Assembly (NCBI GenBank): GCA_963707505.1
Contig: CAVPQB010000006.1
Location: 384,001 to 448,000, forward strand
DNA length: 64,000 nucleotides
DNA from: an uncultured Gemmatimonadales bacterium
GTDB lineage: Bacteria; Gemmatimonadota; Gemmatimonadetes; Gemmatimonadales; Gemmatimonadaceae
Direction: 5' to 3'
The position numbers and the translations under genes are program-made. Positions 21,221 to 31,116 of this stretch are shown here, one piece after another (position 1 is the stretch's first letter; the number at the start of each line of letters is the position of its first letter). The notes under the pieces were generated by a model, which was not told the DNA's origin, did no database searches, and worked only from the letters and a program-made list of their open reading frames with translations.

Positions 21221-22040
21221 TCAGTCAGTGATGCTTGCTTCGATCGTCGCGTCATGGACGCGCGGAAGTACGTCGTGGGCGGTGAGTGTCTGATGTATCA
21301 ATTGGAGATCCGTTCCATTACGCTGGCCGCGTAGACGCGCGACTTGCGCCAGCACCAGCTCGAGATCTTCCAGAAGTCTGTGTAGTGTTGGGTCGCTGCC
21401 AGCCTTTGAATCGAGAAGCAGATGCGTCTGGGTAAGCAATTCGCCGGCGCGCGTCGCTACTGCCGTGTCGGACTCGGTCGCCACGCGGTCGGATGGTAGC
21501 GATGCGAGCAGTACCGTGGTCTGCGCGAGGTATCGGCTCATCTCCGACCCGCTGCCGGCATCGTCGAACCGAGATGCGAGTGCGCGCCGCGGTCAGATCC
21601 CGCGAGTCAGCTGTTGCGACTGAACGCACATTCTGTATCTGTGCATTTGCCCGAGGCGGAATCGTGCTTGCGACACTCTTCGCGCTTTCCGTGTTCGACG
21701 GGGTCGCTTCCGCGGATGCGGTACGTTGTGTCGCTGGAGTTGTAGCGGCTGGTGAAGCAACGAGCTGCGTTACGACGTTGCGCGGTGCCGCGTACCAGCC
21801 CAGGCCAACACCGAATACGAGGGCGGCCGCTGCAGCGAGCGTGGGGATGAGCCAACGTGATGCGCGAGTGTGCAGAACGAGCGCCGGTCTCGCGTCGCCG
21901 AAAACCCGTTCCTCGATCTGTATCCACATTGCGTCGAGCGGCGGCTCAGGTGGTCGTCGTGATGCGGCGAGTGTCTGCCTGATCGTCTCATTCATACGTT
22001 CCTCTTCCATCGATGCCCTCTCTCCATCCCTGGACGTCAT
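21221..22040 (-). CDS. Putative single-pass anti-sigma factor, frameshifted near 21570
   Basis: PPLDAMWIQIE + TM AAAAALVFGVGLGW; C-terminal LLEDLELVLAQVARL in another frame; coupled to the ECF gene. Confidence 0.72.
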
Positions 22041-22570
22041 TGGTCCCTCAAAGCCGTCAGCGTGTCACGCAACTTTGCGCGTGCGTGAGCAACACGTGTC
22101 TTGGACGTTCCTTCGGCAATCGACAACACATCCGCGATTGCAGCGTGTGTGTAGCCTTCCAGATCGTGCATGATGAGCGGCGTGCGATACATCTCCGGCA
22201 GTTCATCCACCGCACGTTCAAGGCGGCTCGCCAGCTCGGCGTCATGCGTGTCATCTCCAGCCGCAACGTCGCGCGCTTCTTCCATATCCACGAAGCGAGC
22301 CGACCGCCGGCGTTGGCTTCTCAATGCCTGCAGCACGACGGACACGGCGATTCGATGAACCCACGTCCCGAACGCTGCTTCCTGCCGGAATCCGTTCAGC
22401 TTCGAGAACGCACGAACGAACGTGTCCTGAGTGCACTCCCTTGCCATATCCTCGTCGCACGTCATGCGATACGCCAACCGATAAACTCTCGAGGCATGAG
22501 CGTCGTACAGCTCGCGGCCGGCCAGCCGGTCGCCTTCCAGCACCCGTGCGATCAGGTGCGCTTCACTCAT
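22037..22570 (-). CDS. ECF RNA polymerase sigma factor
   Basis: QDTFVRAF, FGTWVHRIA, LPEMYRTPLIMHDLEGYTHAAIA...GTSKTRV. Confidence 0.93.
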   Translation of the reverse strand: MSEAHLIARVLEGDRLAGRELYDAHASRVYRLAYRMTCDEDMARECTQDTFVRAFSKLNGFRQEAAFGTWVHRIAVSVVLQALRSQRRRSARFVDMEEARDVAAGDDTHDAELASRLERAVDELPEMYRTPLIMHDLEGYTHAAIADVLSIAEGTSKTRVAHARAKLRDTLTALRDQ

Positions 22571-22739
22571 GCGCCGCTACCGCTGGATGGTGATACTGGA
22601 AGGCTCCCAAGGTTTCAGTGGTCGTCGGCCCCCAATCTCGGCGGACTGAGGGTTGGATGCCGGCCATCAGCAAAGCGTTCACTGAGGGTTTCTCCGGGGC
22701 AAGTCCGGCTTGGCGCTGTATCTTACTCGCACTCCAATC

Positions 22740-25226
22740 GTGCCGCCAAAACCACTCGTACTCGCACTATCCGCCGTCGCGCTATGCGGCGCTGTCTATA
22801 CCGGCATACGTCCGATCGGACCACTCCCACCTCTGGGTGGATTACTCGATCCTGTAAGCGGAGTCTGGCGTGCTGCCGGTAATGCGGTCCTGCCGCGAAA
22901 TGCGACCGTCGGGATTCCCGGTCTCGCGGGCGCGGTCGACGTTCGCTATGACGACCGGGGCGTTCCCCACATATTCGCGACCACCGAAGAAGACGCCTAC
23001 CGCGCACTCGGGTACGTGGTGGCGCGGGACCGTCTGTTTCAGCTCGACATCCAGACCCGCGCGGCATCGGGGCGACTTACGGAGCTGGTCGGGGCGCGCG
23101 CACTGGAGCTGGATGAATCACCGCGTTTACTCGGAATGCCGCGCGCCGCCGAGCAAAAACTCGCGGCTGTCGACCCGAACAGCGAATCGCGCAGAATCCT
23201 GGATGCGTACGCCGGCGGAGTGAACGCATACATCGACTCCCTCAAACCGCGCGACTACCCTATAGAGTACAAGCTGCTCAACGCAAAGCCTGAGCGTTGG
23301 CACTCGATCAACTCGATTCACCTGCTCAACAGGATGGGATGGACACTCGCATCGGGCGATCCGGATCACATGCTGGTGCGCGCAGCCGCACTCGTCGGTG
23401 ACAGCGCCGCGCGATCGGTATTTCCTCAGCACACTCCCATCGAAGAGCCGATCCAGCCACAGCCGAGCTGGACAGCGCCCCACGATCGTTTCGAGACGAT
23501 CATCGCTCCGGGAAGGCCGGACAGTAACGCGATCGCGTTGTCGTCGTTGTATCGGCGTTTTCGGACCAGTGATCCAAGCGCAGAATCGCAGCCCGCGTTC
23601 GCGAGCAACAACTGGGCGGTGTCGCCTGCCCGCACGCGAGACGGATACGCGCTGCTGGCTGGTGATCCCCATCTGGAGCTGACGCTTCCAAGCATCTGGT
23701 ACGAAGTTCACCTCGTCGTGCCGGGAAAGCTCGACGTTTATGGAGTTACGATTCCCGGCGCGCCAGCGGTCGTGATTGGATTCAACCGCGACGTTTCGTG
23801 GACCTTCACGAACACAGCTGCGGACGTAATGGATTTCTATCGCGAGACCGTCGACGATTCCGTCAATCCGGCAAGATACAAACTCGATGGACAGTGGCGT
23901 CCACTCTCGCAACGCGTCGAGCAGTATCGCGATCAGTCAGGGCGTGTGATTCACACCGATACGGTGCGCTACACACATCGCGGACCGATGACGAACGAGC
24001 ACGGCCACTGGGTGTCGATGCGCTGGACAGTGCTCGAGCCGTCCAACGAGCTTCAGGCGTTGTATGACGCGTCACACGCACGCACTACGCACGAATTTCA
24101 GGACGTGGTATCGCGCAGCTTTCTTGCGCCCGCGCAGAACATGCTCGTTGCCGATCGCAACGGCTCGATCGCGATTCGCTCGACCGGTCATTTTCCGATT
24201 CGAGCCGGTGACGGAGATGGCGAGACGATCCGCGACGGCTCCACGAGTGCGAGCGACTGGCGCGGATTCTGGCCGATCGACAGGTATCCGCAGTCGTTCG
24301 ACCCGAAGCAGGGTTTTCTTGCATCCGCGAATCAGGAACCGGAAGCTCCTGAAGCCGAGTTCGGATATCTTGGTACAGATCACGGATACGAGGTGTGGCG
24401 CGCGCTCCGCATCAATCAACTGCTGCGCGCAAATTCGCACGTGACGCCAGACGACATGATTCGCTGGCAGACGGATCCCGGTAGCACACGCGCCGATCGC
24501 TTCGTTCCCTATTTCATCGCCGCGGCGAAGACAGAGCGCGATCGCGGACGAAGCAACGCGGCGCTCGATTCTGCAGCGATGCTTTTGGCACAATGGGATC
24601 GCACCTACGCACTGGACAATCAGCGCGCGGTCCTGTTCGAGGCCGCGATGCGTGAGTTGTCCGACCGAACCTGGGATGAGCTGAATCAAAATGGCGTGCG
24701 TGTCGCGACGCCGAGTACCGCCGTGCTCGCGGAGCTGATGACACAACCATCCAACGCGTGGTGGGATGACCGACGGACGCGGAGCGTTGTAGAGGACCGG
24801 GATGACATCCTGGCGCAAAGTCTCATCGCCGCGTACGACAGTATTACGAAGGAATACGGCGCTCCGAATGCAGGCGGCTGGCGCTGGGACAAAATTCGAT
24901 TCACGAACATCTATCATCTCCTTCATATTCCTGCGTTCTCCGCGCTTCGTATCCCGGTTCCCGGTGGAACTGGAACGCTCACTCCATCGACGGGAACGGG
25001 ACATTACGGCCCGAGCTGGAGAATGGTCGTGGAGATGGGACCTGAAGTTCACGCGTGGGGCACGTTTCCCGGCGGGCAGAGTGGCAATCCAATGAGCCCA
25101 AGGTACAGAGATCATCTCGCATTCTGGGAGCGCGGCAAGCTTCAGCCGCTGATATTCCCGCGTACGAGCGCGGAGCTTCCAATTAACGCGACAAGCGCAA
25201 CGCTCGACTTGAGGCCGATGAAGTGA
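22740..25226 (+). CDS. Penicillin acylase family (Ntn-hydrolase) protein
   Basis: DDRGVPHIFA, RDRLFQLD, beta-chain start SNNWAV, GDPHL, PGGQSGNP. Confidence 0.93.
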   Translation: MPPKPLVLALSAVALCGAVYTGIRPIGPLPPLGGLLDPVSGVWRAAGNAVLPRNATVGIPGLAGAVDVRYDDRGVPHIFATTEEDAYRALGYVVARDRLFQLDIQTRAASGRLTELVGARALELDESPRLLGMPRAAEQKLAAVDPNSESRRILDAYAGGVNAYIDSLKPRDYPIEYKLLNAKPERWHSINSIHLLNRMGWTLASGDPDHMLVRAAALVGDSAARSVFPQHTPIEEPIQPQPSWTAPHDRFETIIAPGRPDSNAIALSSLYRRFRTSDPSAESQPAFASNNWAVSPARTRDGYALLAGDPHLELTLPSIWYEVHLVVPGKLDVYGVTIPGAPAVVIGFNRDVSWTFTNTAADVMDFYRETVDDSVNPARYKLDGQWRPLSQRVEQYRDQSGRVIHTDTVRYTHRGPMTNEHGHWVSMRWTVLEPSNELQALYDASHARTTHEFQDVVSRSFLAPAQNMLVADRNGSIAIRSTGHFPIRAGDGDGETIRDGSTSASDWRGFWPIDRYPQSFDPKQGFLASANQEPEAPEAEFGYLGTDHGYEVWRALRINQLLRANSHVTPDDMIRWQTDPGSTRADRFVPYFIAAAKTERDRGRSNAALDSAAMLLAQWDRTYALDNQRAVLFEAAMRELSDRTWDELNQNGVRVATPSTAVLAELMTQPSNAWWDDRRTRSVVEDRDDILAQSLIAAYDSITKEYGAPNAGGWRWDKIRFTNIYHLLHIPAFSALRIPVPGGTGTLTPSTGTGHYGPSWRMVVEMGPEVHAWGTFPGGQSGNPMSPRYRDHLAFWERGKLQPLIFPRTSAELPINATSATLDLRPMK

Positions 25227-25571
25227 TCGTGCTGCGATATGTGGCTCGCGTTGCGATTGTCGCATCGATCTGTGCACTCGCGACGGTGTCGTTCGGATGG
25301 ATGAGCTCTACCCGTCGTAGGTCTCGTCTACAGCATCATCGACAGACGCATGCGCGCGCGCGGAACCATCGCGGCACTCGGCGCCGCACTCGGCTGGCTT
25401 GCGATACTTGGCGCAGAAGCCGCGCGAGGGGCCGACGTGCGCATGGTAGCCGTCGAGGTCGGCTCGGTGATGCAGCTACCTGCATTCGCTTTCGTGCTCG
25501 TCACGCTCGCGTTCGCCGCCGTGCTTTGTGGGGCGGCGGCGGTGCTGGGCTCGGCGATCGCACGCGCCTGA
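25223..25571 (+). CDS. Small membrane protein, frameshifted near 25310
   Basis: GTGA coupling with the acylase; hydrophobic N-part in one frame, hydrophobic C-part (25350..25571) in another. Confidence 0.6.
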
Positions 25572-25574
25572 CTG

Positions 25575-25690
25575 ATGGACAGAGTTTTCTCGAAGAACTG
25601 TACGATCGTTGCATCGAGCGTTGCGTGCATCGATGATCGGGAGAAGCCAGACGGATCAGTGCATATTTCCGGCACGACCCGGGCCAGGGA
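25575..25690 (-). pseudogene. C-terminal remnant of a dienelactone-hydrolase-like (COG4188-type) alpha/beta hydrolase
   Basis: LARVVPEICTDPSGFSRSSMHATLDATIVQFFEKTL resembles that family's C-terminus; no upstream catalytic domain. Confidence 0.45.
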
Positions 25691-25843
25691 CGAACGAGGC
25701 GGTCGTTGCGGTGACCGAGCGGTGACCGACGCCGTGGACCATCCGCAGACGAGCCGATGTAGTTCCGTACACCACGATGATGAGCTTCGTGGCACTTGTG
25801 TGCCACGAAGCTCATATGTGTCTGGCTATGGCATTACATGCCT

Positions 25844-25996
25844 CTACACGCGCATGCCGCGTCCGGTGAGGAAGTGCCAGAGGACCGCGATGATCGCGAG
25901 CACCAGCAGGATGTGAATCAGTACGCCGACAGCAGGGAAGATGAAAAACCCCACGGCCCATAACACCAGCAGCACGAGCGCGACCATCAGAAACAT
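25844..25996 (-). CDS. lmo0937/DUF5670-family small membrane protein (50 aa)
   Basis: Hand-translated, below the ORF cutoff: MFLMVALVLLVLWAVGFFIFPAVGVLIHILLVLAIIAVLWHFLTGRGMRV. Confidence 0.85.
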   Translation of the reverse strand: MFLMVALVLLVLWAVGFFIFPAVGVLIHILLVLAIIAVLWHFLTGRGMRV

Positions 25997-26109
25997 GTCA
26001 TCCCCCGGATGTCACGAAAAGCAGGGGTGAATGTAAGACTGACTGCCCCGGAAGGCGCGTTAAGGACGCAATAAGAATCCGCGTCCTGCCCACGCTTCCC
26101 AGTCGTGTG

Positions 26110-27471
26110 TTACTTGCCTTCTACTTTAGCGAACGCTTGATCAAATACTTCGAGCGCGAAGTCGACGTCGTCCGCTGTGATGCACATGGGTGGCTTGATC
26201 CGGAGCGTGTTGCCATCCAGGCCGCCCTTGCCGATCAACACACCGAGCTCACGTGTCGCTTCGAGGATCTCGACCGTTTCAGCCTTCGCTGGCTCTTTGG
26301 TCCCACGATCGCGAACGAGCTCGACACCGAGCATGAGTCCCATTCCGCGTACGTTGCCGATCAGCTCGTGTGACTCCTGCAGCCGCTCGAGTCCCTTCTT
26401 GAGGCGCGCACCGATGACGCGCGAGTTCTCCTGAAGGCCGTCCTCGTCTATGATGTCCATCGCCGCCAGTCCAGCGGCCATCGACACTGGATTTCCGCCG
26501 AAGGTGTTGAAGTGAATGCGTTGCGACAGCGTTTGCGCTATGTCCATTCGCGTCGTCACCGCGCCGATTGGTGCGCCGTTGCCAAGTCCCTTGGCCATGG
26601 TTACGAAGTCCGGAACCACATCGAAGTTCTGGAATCCCCAGTAGTGATCGCCCGTGCGGCCGAATCCTGTCTGCACTTCATCGGCGATGCAGAGACCACC
26701 AGCCTCACGCACGATCGCGTACGCTTCCTTCAGATAATTCGGCGCACCGTGCGTCGCTCCTCCAACTCCCTGGATCGGCTCGGCGAGAAATGCAGCAACC
26801 TTTCCGGGCGTGGAGTATCTGATGAGATCGCGTATGTCGCGTGCGCTCATCGTCGCGATCTCTTCCGGCGTTCCAGTGAACGGGCTCCTGTATGGATGCG
26901 GGTTGATCGCGTGGTGCACGTGTCCTTCACCCGACACGGGAAACTTCCAGGTGCTGTGTGAAGTAAGGCCCTGGCCCGTTGGACTTCCGCCGTGATAACC
27001 ATTGCGCACCGCGATGATGTCGTTGTTTCCTGTGAACAGACGCGCCATCGTAATCGCCAGCTCATTCGCCTCGGTTCCGTCATTGACGAAGTACGTGACG
27101 TCGAGACCAGCCGGCATCTTGGATGCAAGCTTCTTCGCGAGCTGCGCGAAGTTGGGATGCAGATACATCGTGGTTGCATGCTGCAGCGTTCCGACCTGCT
27201 CCTGAACGCGTCGCACGAACTCCGGATGCGAGTGACCGCATGAAACGGTGACGATGCCGGCGAACATGTCGAGATATCGTCTGCCTGTCTCGTCGTACAG
27301 GTACTGCATGAATCCTTCGACGATGAGCAGCGGATCGTGATACGTGGTGAAGATCGCCGGATTGGTGTAGCGCCGCCGCATCTCCAGGATCGCCTCACGG
27401 GTCGGGCCTGTGTACGGACGCGGCGTATGGTTCACTGGCGGCATGTCGAGCCGCGGTGCAATCGTGGTCAC
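26110..27471 (-). CDS. Class III aminotransferase (AGXT2-like)
   Basis: YLDMFAGIVTVSCGH, AEPIQGVGG, IADEVQTGFGRTG, TMAKGLGNG, HFNTFGGNP. Confidence 0.92.
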   Translation of the reverse strand: MTTIAPRLDMPPVNHTPRPYTGPTREAILEMRRRYTNPAIFTTYHDPLLIVEGFMQYLYDETGRRYLDMFAGIVTVSCGHSHPEFVRRVQEQVGTLQHATTMYLHPNFAQLAKKLASKMPAGLDVTYFVNDGTEANELAITMARLFTGNNDIIAVRNGYHGGSPTGQGLTSHSTWKFPVSGEGHVHHAINPHPYRSPFTGTPEEIATMSARDIRDLIRYSTPGKVAAFLAEPIQGVGGATHGAPNYLKEAYAIVREAGGLCIADEVQTGFGRTGDHYWGFQNFDVVPDFVTMAKGLGNGAPIGAVTTRMDIAQTLSQRIHFNTFGGNPVSMAAGLAAMDIIDEDGLQENSRVIGARLKKGLERLQESHELIGNVRGMGLMLGVELVRDRGTKEPAKAETVEILEATRELGVLIGKGGLDGNTLRIKPPMCITADDVDFALEVFDQAFAKVEGK

Positions 27472-27830
27472 CTGCTGAACTCCTTGATGTTGTTTCTGCG
27501 GCGCGGACAGATACCTCGTCCGCCGGTCGCCGAGCTAGCGTGGCCGGCGCTGTTTTCCACACTCAATAATGTACGATCCGTCGTCTGGAGCGAACCGGAC
27601 CCGCGGCGGCCCGTCCCTCGATACCCGCTCCGTACTGTGGCGCACGAACGGTCGCGAGCTGACTCACGCTGCAGCGGGTTGGCGGCGATTTGATCGAGCG
27701 GCCGAATTTTTGACCTGTGAGTGCTCCTTTCCCCTTGGCTGGCCGATACTGGTTTCAGAGTTGGGTTTTCAGAGGTGCCTGGCGTGGTGGGGATGGAGCT
27801 CGCAAGTCTCTGCGTTCGGAGGAAGAGGGG

Positions 27831-28190
27831 ATGACACTGGATACGTTCGTGGGGTTCGTCGCAGACCATTGGGTGATCCTGGGCCTGATACTTTGCCCGA
27901 TCGTGATCGTGCTGATGGCGCTCGCTGCGCTGTCGTGCGAGGCCTGTGGCGCCCCGTTTGGAATCTTCCGCCGGCGCAGCCGAACAATAGATCTGTGCCT
28001 GCGTTGCGCGTTGATTCACGACATCAGGCATGCGGGCGGAGCGCGCGACTCGCGGGCGATGCGGGAAGCAGCGAGCGCTGCCGGGCCATCTCAGGCAGCG
28101 CCGGACCGCGATGTGACGCGCGAGGATCGCCGTTCGAGGGCAACTCCGCCGACCGGCCTCGGTGTCGCGGGGCACGCGGGGACACGCTAA
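27831..28190 (+). CDS. Hypothetical membrane-anchored protein with CxxC-x16-CxxC
   Basis: Purine-rich RBS; one TM; CEAC...CLRC. Confidence 0.55.
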   Translation: MTLDTFVGFVADHWVILGLILCPIVIVLMALAALSCEACGAPFGIFRRRSRTIDLCLRCALIHDIRHAGGARDSRAMREAASAAGPSQAAPDRDVTREDRRSRATPPTGLGVAGHAGTR

Positions 28191-28231
28191 GGAACGACCG
28201 CGGCTCGTCGAACCCGGCTTTTCCTATATCA

Positions 28232-29191
28232 TCAAGGCTTCGTCGCCGCCGCTTGTTGTTGCTGCGTCAGATATTGCTGACCCAGCGCCGCTGTTCCGCC
28301 GAGTGCGCCCATGCCCATCGTATCCAGGGCCGAGCTCGGGACGATCATCAATGCGCCTTTTTCCTTGAGTCCTTCGTACAGCATGTTCATCGCGCGCAGA
28401 TGCAGCGCGGTCGGATTGCTGCCGTACGTTACCGCCGCCTTGTCGAACAGCGCCGCGATCTCCACCTCGGCTTCACCAAGTATCACGCGTGCCTGTTTTT
28501 CACGAGTCGCCTGCGCCTGGCGTGACATCGCATCCTGCAGCGACTCGGGGATCAAGACGTCGCGCATCTCGACAGCCTGCACGGTGACGCCCCACGGGCT
28601 GGAGCGCTCGTCGATCAGTTTTTGCAGCTCGCCTTCTATCTGTTCTCGGCCGAGTAGCAGGTCGGAGAGTGACGTCCGTCCGATGATGTCGCGCAGTGCG
28701 GTCTGGGCGGCCCACGTTACTGCATTGAAGTAATCCTGCACTTCGAGCGCCGCTTTCTGCGGATCGTGTACCAGCCAGAACAACACCGCATCGACGTTTA
28801 CGGGAACTGTATCCGCTGTGAGCGATTGCTCTGCGGCGAAGCCAGTTGTGATGACCCGCTGGTCGATCCAGCTGTTGACGGTTTCGACGAATGGTGTGAC
28901 CCAGAACAGGCCCGGACCGCGCAATCCGACGAAGCGGCCGAGCCGGAGGACGACTCCTCGCTCCCATTCCTGCGCGACTCTTGGAGCCTGGGCGAGAATG
29001 ATGCCGATTATCGTCAGGAGAATCGCTGGAAACGGCGAGACCGTCACGGCGCTCAGCACGACGCCGACGACAATGCTGACGAGCAGAAGTGTGACCGAGA
29101 CGATGTTGAGGCGCGAGCCGCGCGTCGTCGGTCGATTGTTGTTGCGTGAATTGCGCATCGTGGCGAGTGCCATGCCAATGTCGTCAGCCAT
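28232..29191 (-). CDS. SPFH/stomatin-like (slipin) protein
   Basis: EWERGVVLRLGRF, LTADTVPVNVDAV, AQTALRDIIG, AMSRQAQA. Confidence 0.92.
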   Translation of the reverse strand: MADDIGMALATMRNSRNNNRPTTRGSRLNIVSVTLLLVSIVVGVVLSAVTVSPFPAILLTIIGIILAQAPRVAQEWERGVVLRLGRFVGLRGPGLFWVTPFVETVNSWIDQRVITTGFAAEQSLTADTVPVNVDAVLFWLVHDPQKAALEVQDYFNAVTWAAQTALRDIIGRTSLSDLLLGREQIEGELQKLIDERSSPWGVTVQAVEMRDVLIPESLQDAMSRQAQATREKQARVILGEAEVEIAALFDKAAVTYGSNPTALHLRAMNMLYEGLKEKGALMIVPSSALDTMGMGALGGTAALGQQYLTQQQQAAATKP

Positions 29192-29576
29192 TTGAAGACG
29201 CCTCCTTCTGGTAAGCGCGTTGCAGGTGATCGATCACTTCTGAAGCGGAGAACCCAAGTCCTGACATGTCGGCGATGAAGCCCGCGGCTCGTTCCTGAAG
29301 CTCGCGGGCGAGCAGGGCGCTCCGGACGCCGGAGCCTTCGGGGTGTGGCCTGATGAACGTCCCTACACCGCGCTGGGTTTCGACGACTCCTTCGCGCTCT
29401 AGCGCCGCGTAGGCCCGGGCGACGGTATTGGCGTTGATCTTCAGGATGACGGCGAGCTGCCGCACCGTGGGGAGCTGATCACCGGCTTCGAGCCAGCCGG
29501 CTGCCACCGCGGTGCGAACTGCGCGCTCGAGTTGCGCGTAGATTGGTGCAGGATTGCCAGGATCGATCTGGAACAT
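29184..29576 (-). CDS. GntR family regulator, YtrA subfamily
   Basis: PIYAQL, LPTVRQLA...INANTVARAY...GVGTF; short C-terminus. Confidence 0.92.
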   Translation of the reverse strand: MFQIDPGNPAPIYAQLERAVRTAVAAGWLEAGDQLPTVRQLAVILKINANTVARAYAALEREGVVETQRGVGTFIRPHPEGSGVRSALLARELQERAAGFIADMSGLGFSASEVIDHLQRAYQKEASSNG

Positions 29577-29585
29577 GATGTATGC

Positions 29586-29607
29586 TTGTATTATAACAGT
29601 CATACAA
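29586..29607. promoter_or_regulatory. Probable YtrA-type operator TTGTAT-N10-ATACAA
   Basis: AT-rich dyad 10 nt upstream of the gntR start. Confidence 0.65.
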
Positions 29608-29768
29608 CTGCCCAACAAGACGGGGAATTCGGTCAGTTGGAGGCGATCCGGATGACGGGTAAAGGGGTAAATGTTCGGCCTGGCTCGGAATGTGACGCAA
29701 TTCGGCGTATTCGGGTCGCACTGTCACTGTCACTAACCAAGAGTTCAATGTCTCAGCACTTCGGGCTA

Positions 29769-30491
29769 ATGCGTAACACACGACTACCGGGTTTCCGGGC
29801 ACTTGCCAGCATCGGCCTCCTGGCTGGAGTGACGGCATTGAGCGGATGTCAACTCGATAAAATATCGGGGAATACGACTTCGCAGGGACTCGTTCAGTTC
29901 GTCAATGCGGCGCCGCGGTATGCCACGATGAACCTGTTCATCGATGACACGAGTGCGCTGTCGAGGCCGCAGCCGTACGACTCCGGTTCATCGGTGTATG
30001 TGAATGCGCTTACGAATGCTCGCACGTTCAGAGTCACTGCAGGGACGGACACGACGACAATCGCTTCGACCCCGTTGCTGGTCCAGAACTTCGGCGTCTA
30101 CGCGATGATCGTGACTCAGCACGCGACCGGTGCAGGATTACTCATTCTGCCGGACACGGTCTCGGCGCTTCCGAGTGGTCAGGTTGGATTGCGAATCATC
30201 AACGCATCGCCGTCGGCAGGCCCGGTGGATTTCTATTTGACGAGCGCGGATTCGACGCTCACGAAGCCGGTGGCTTCCAACATCACGTTCGAGGGCACGT
30301 CGGGTTACGTGCTTGCTCCAGTTCCGAGCGGCATTCTGCGTCTGCGCGTAACTGCCGCAGGCACCAAGACCGTGCTGCTGGACGTCGACGCCAGCTCGTT
30401 GACTGATGGGCAGGCGAGAAGTGTATTGCTGATGGACGCGTCCGGCGGTGGCCTTCCGCTTTCATGGTTGGCGATACCGGATCGCGGGTAG
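29769..30491 (+). CDS. DUF4397-domain lipoprotein
   Basis: Lipobox LSGC; VQFVNAAP and LRIINASPSAGPVDFY repeats. Confidence 0.82.
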   Translation: MRNTRLPGFRALASIGLLAGVTALSGCQLDKISGNTTSQGLVQFVNAAPRYATMNLFIDDTSALSRPQPYDSGSSVYVNALTNARTFRVTAGTDTTTIASTPLLVQNFGVYAMIVTQHATGAGLLILPDTVSALPSGQVGLRIINASPSAGPVDFYLTSADSTLTKPVASNITFEGTSGYVLAPVPSGILRLRVTAAGTKTVLLDVDASSLTDGQARSVLLMDASGGGLPLSWLAIPDRG

Positions 30492-30521
30492 CAGACCGGT
30501 CGGCTCGTTTCTCGCCCCTCC

Positions 30522-31106
30522 TCAACTCCGCTTGCGCGCGTAGTGAAGCCCTACCACGCCAGTCGGATATGGTGTCGCTGACACCAGACTGAACGGCGCA
30601 TACACTCCGTCCGGCAACAGCCGCTTGCCGCTTCCCAGAGTGAGCGGGTACAGGACCATGTGCAGCTCGTCGACGAGATCGTGCTTCATCAAAGCGTGGA
30701 CGAGCTGGCTGCTGCCGTCGGTCAGGATGTTCTTTCCTGGCTGCTCCTTGAGCTCACGTATCGATTCGATCACGTTGTCGCGAATGATCGTGGTGTTGCG
30801 CCAGATTGGTTCCTTCAGCGTTCGTGACACGACGTATTTCTTCGGCGCGTTCATGAGATCGCCGAACTTGTCACCGACAGGCATGGGTTCGAATGCCTCG
30901 GCGTGTGTCACGTACGTGCGACGGCCCAGCAGAAGCGCGTCGGTGTCCTGCATCAGCGCGACGAAGCTGTTGCCGATGTCGTCATGCCAGTAGGGCCAGG
31001 TCCAGCCTCCGTGCTCGAATCCGCCATCCCGATCCTCGTCCTTGCCGCCGGGCGCCTGTATCACGCCGTCCAGTGTCACGAATTCGGATACAATGAGTTT
31101 TCGCAT
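30522..31106 (-). CDS. Dihydrofolate reductase / RibD C-terminal family protein
   Basis: RKLIVSEFVTLDGVIQAPG, LLLGRRTY, LVDEL...LGSGKRL. Confidence 0.9.
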   Translation of the reverse strand: MRKLIVSEFVTLDGVIQAPGGKDEDRDGGFEHGGWTWPYWHDDIGNSFVALMQDTDALLLGRRTYVTHAEAFEPMPVGDKFGDLMNAPKKYVVSRTLKEPIWRNTTIIRDNVIESIRELKEQPGKNILTDGSSQLVHALMKHDLVDELHMVLYPLTLGSGKRLLPDGVYAPFSLVSATPYPTGVVGLHYARKRS

Positions 31107-31116
31107 GTGGACTCCG

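Noticed and set aside
27472..27830. Riboswitch upstream of the class III aminotransferase
   Set aside because: No recognisable aptamer consensus; would need an Rfam/Infernal scan
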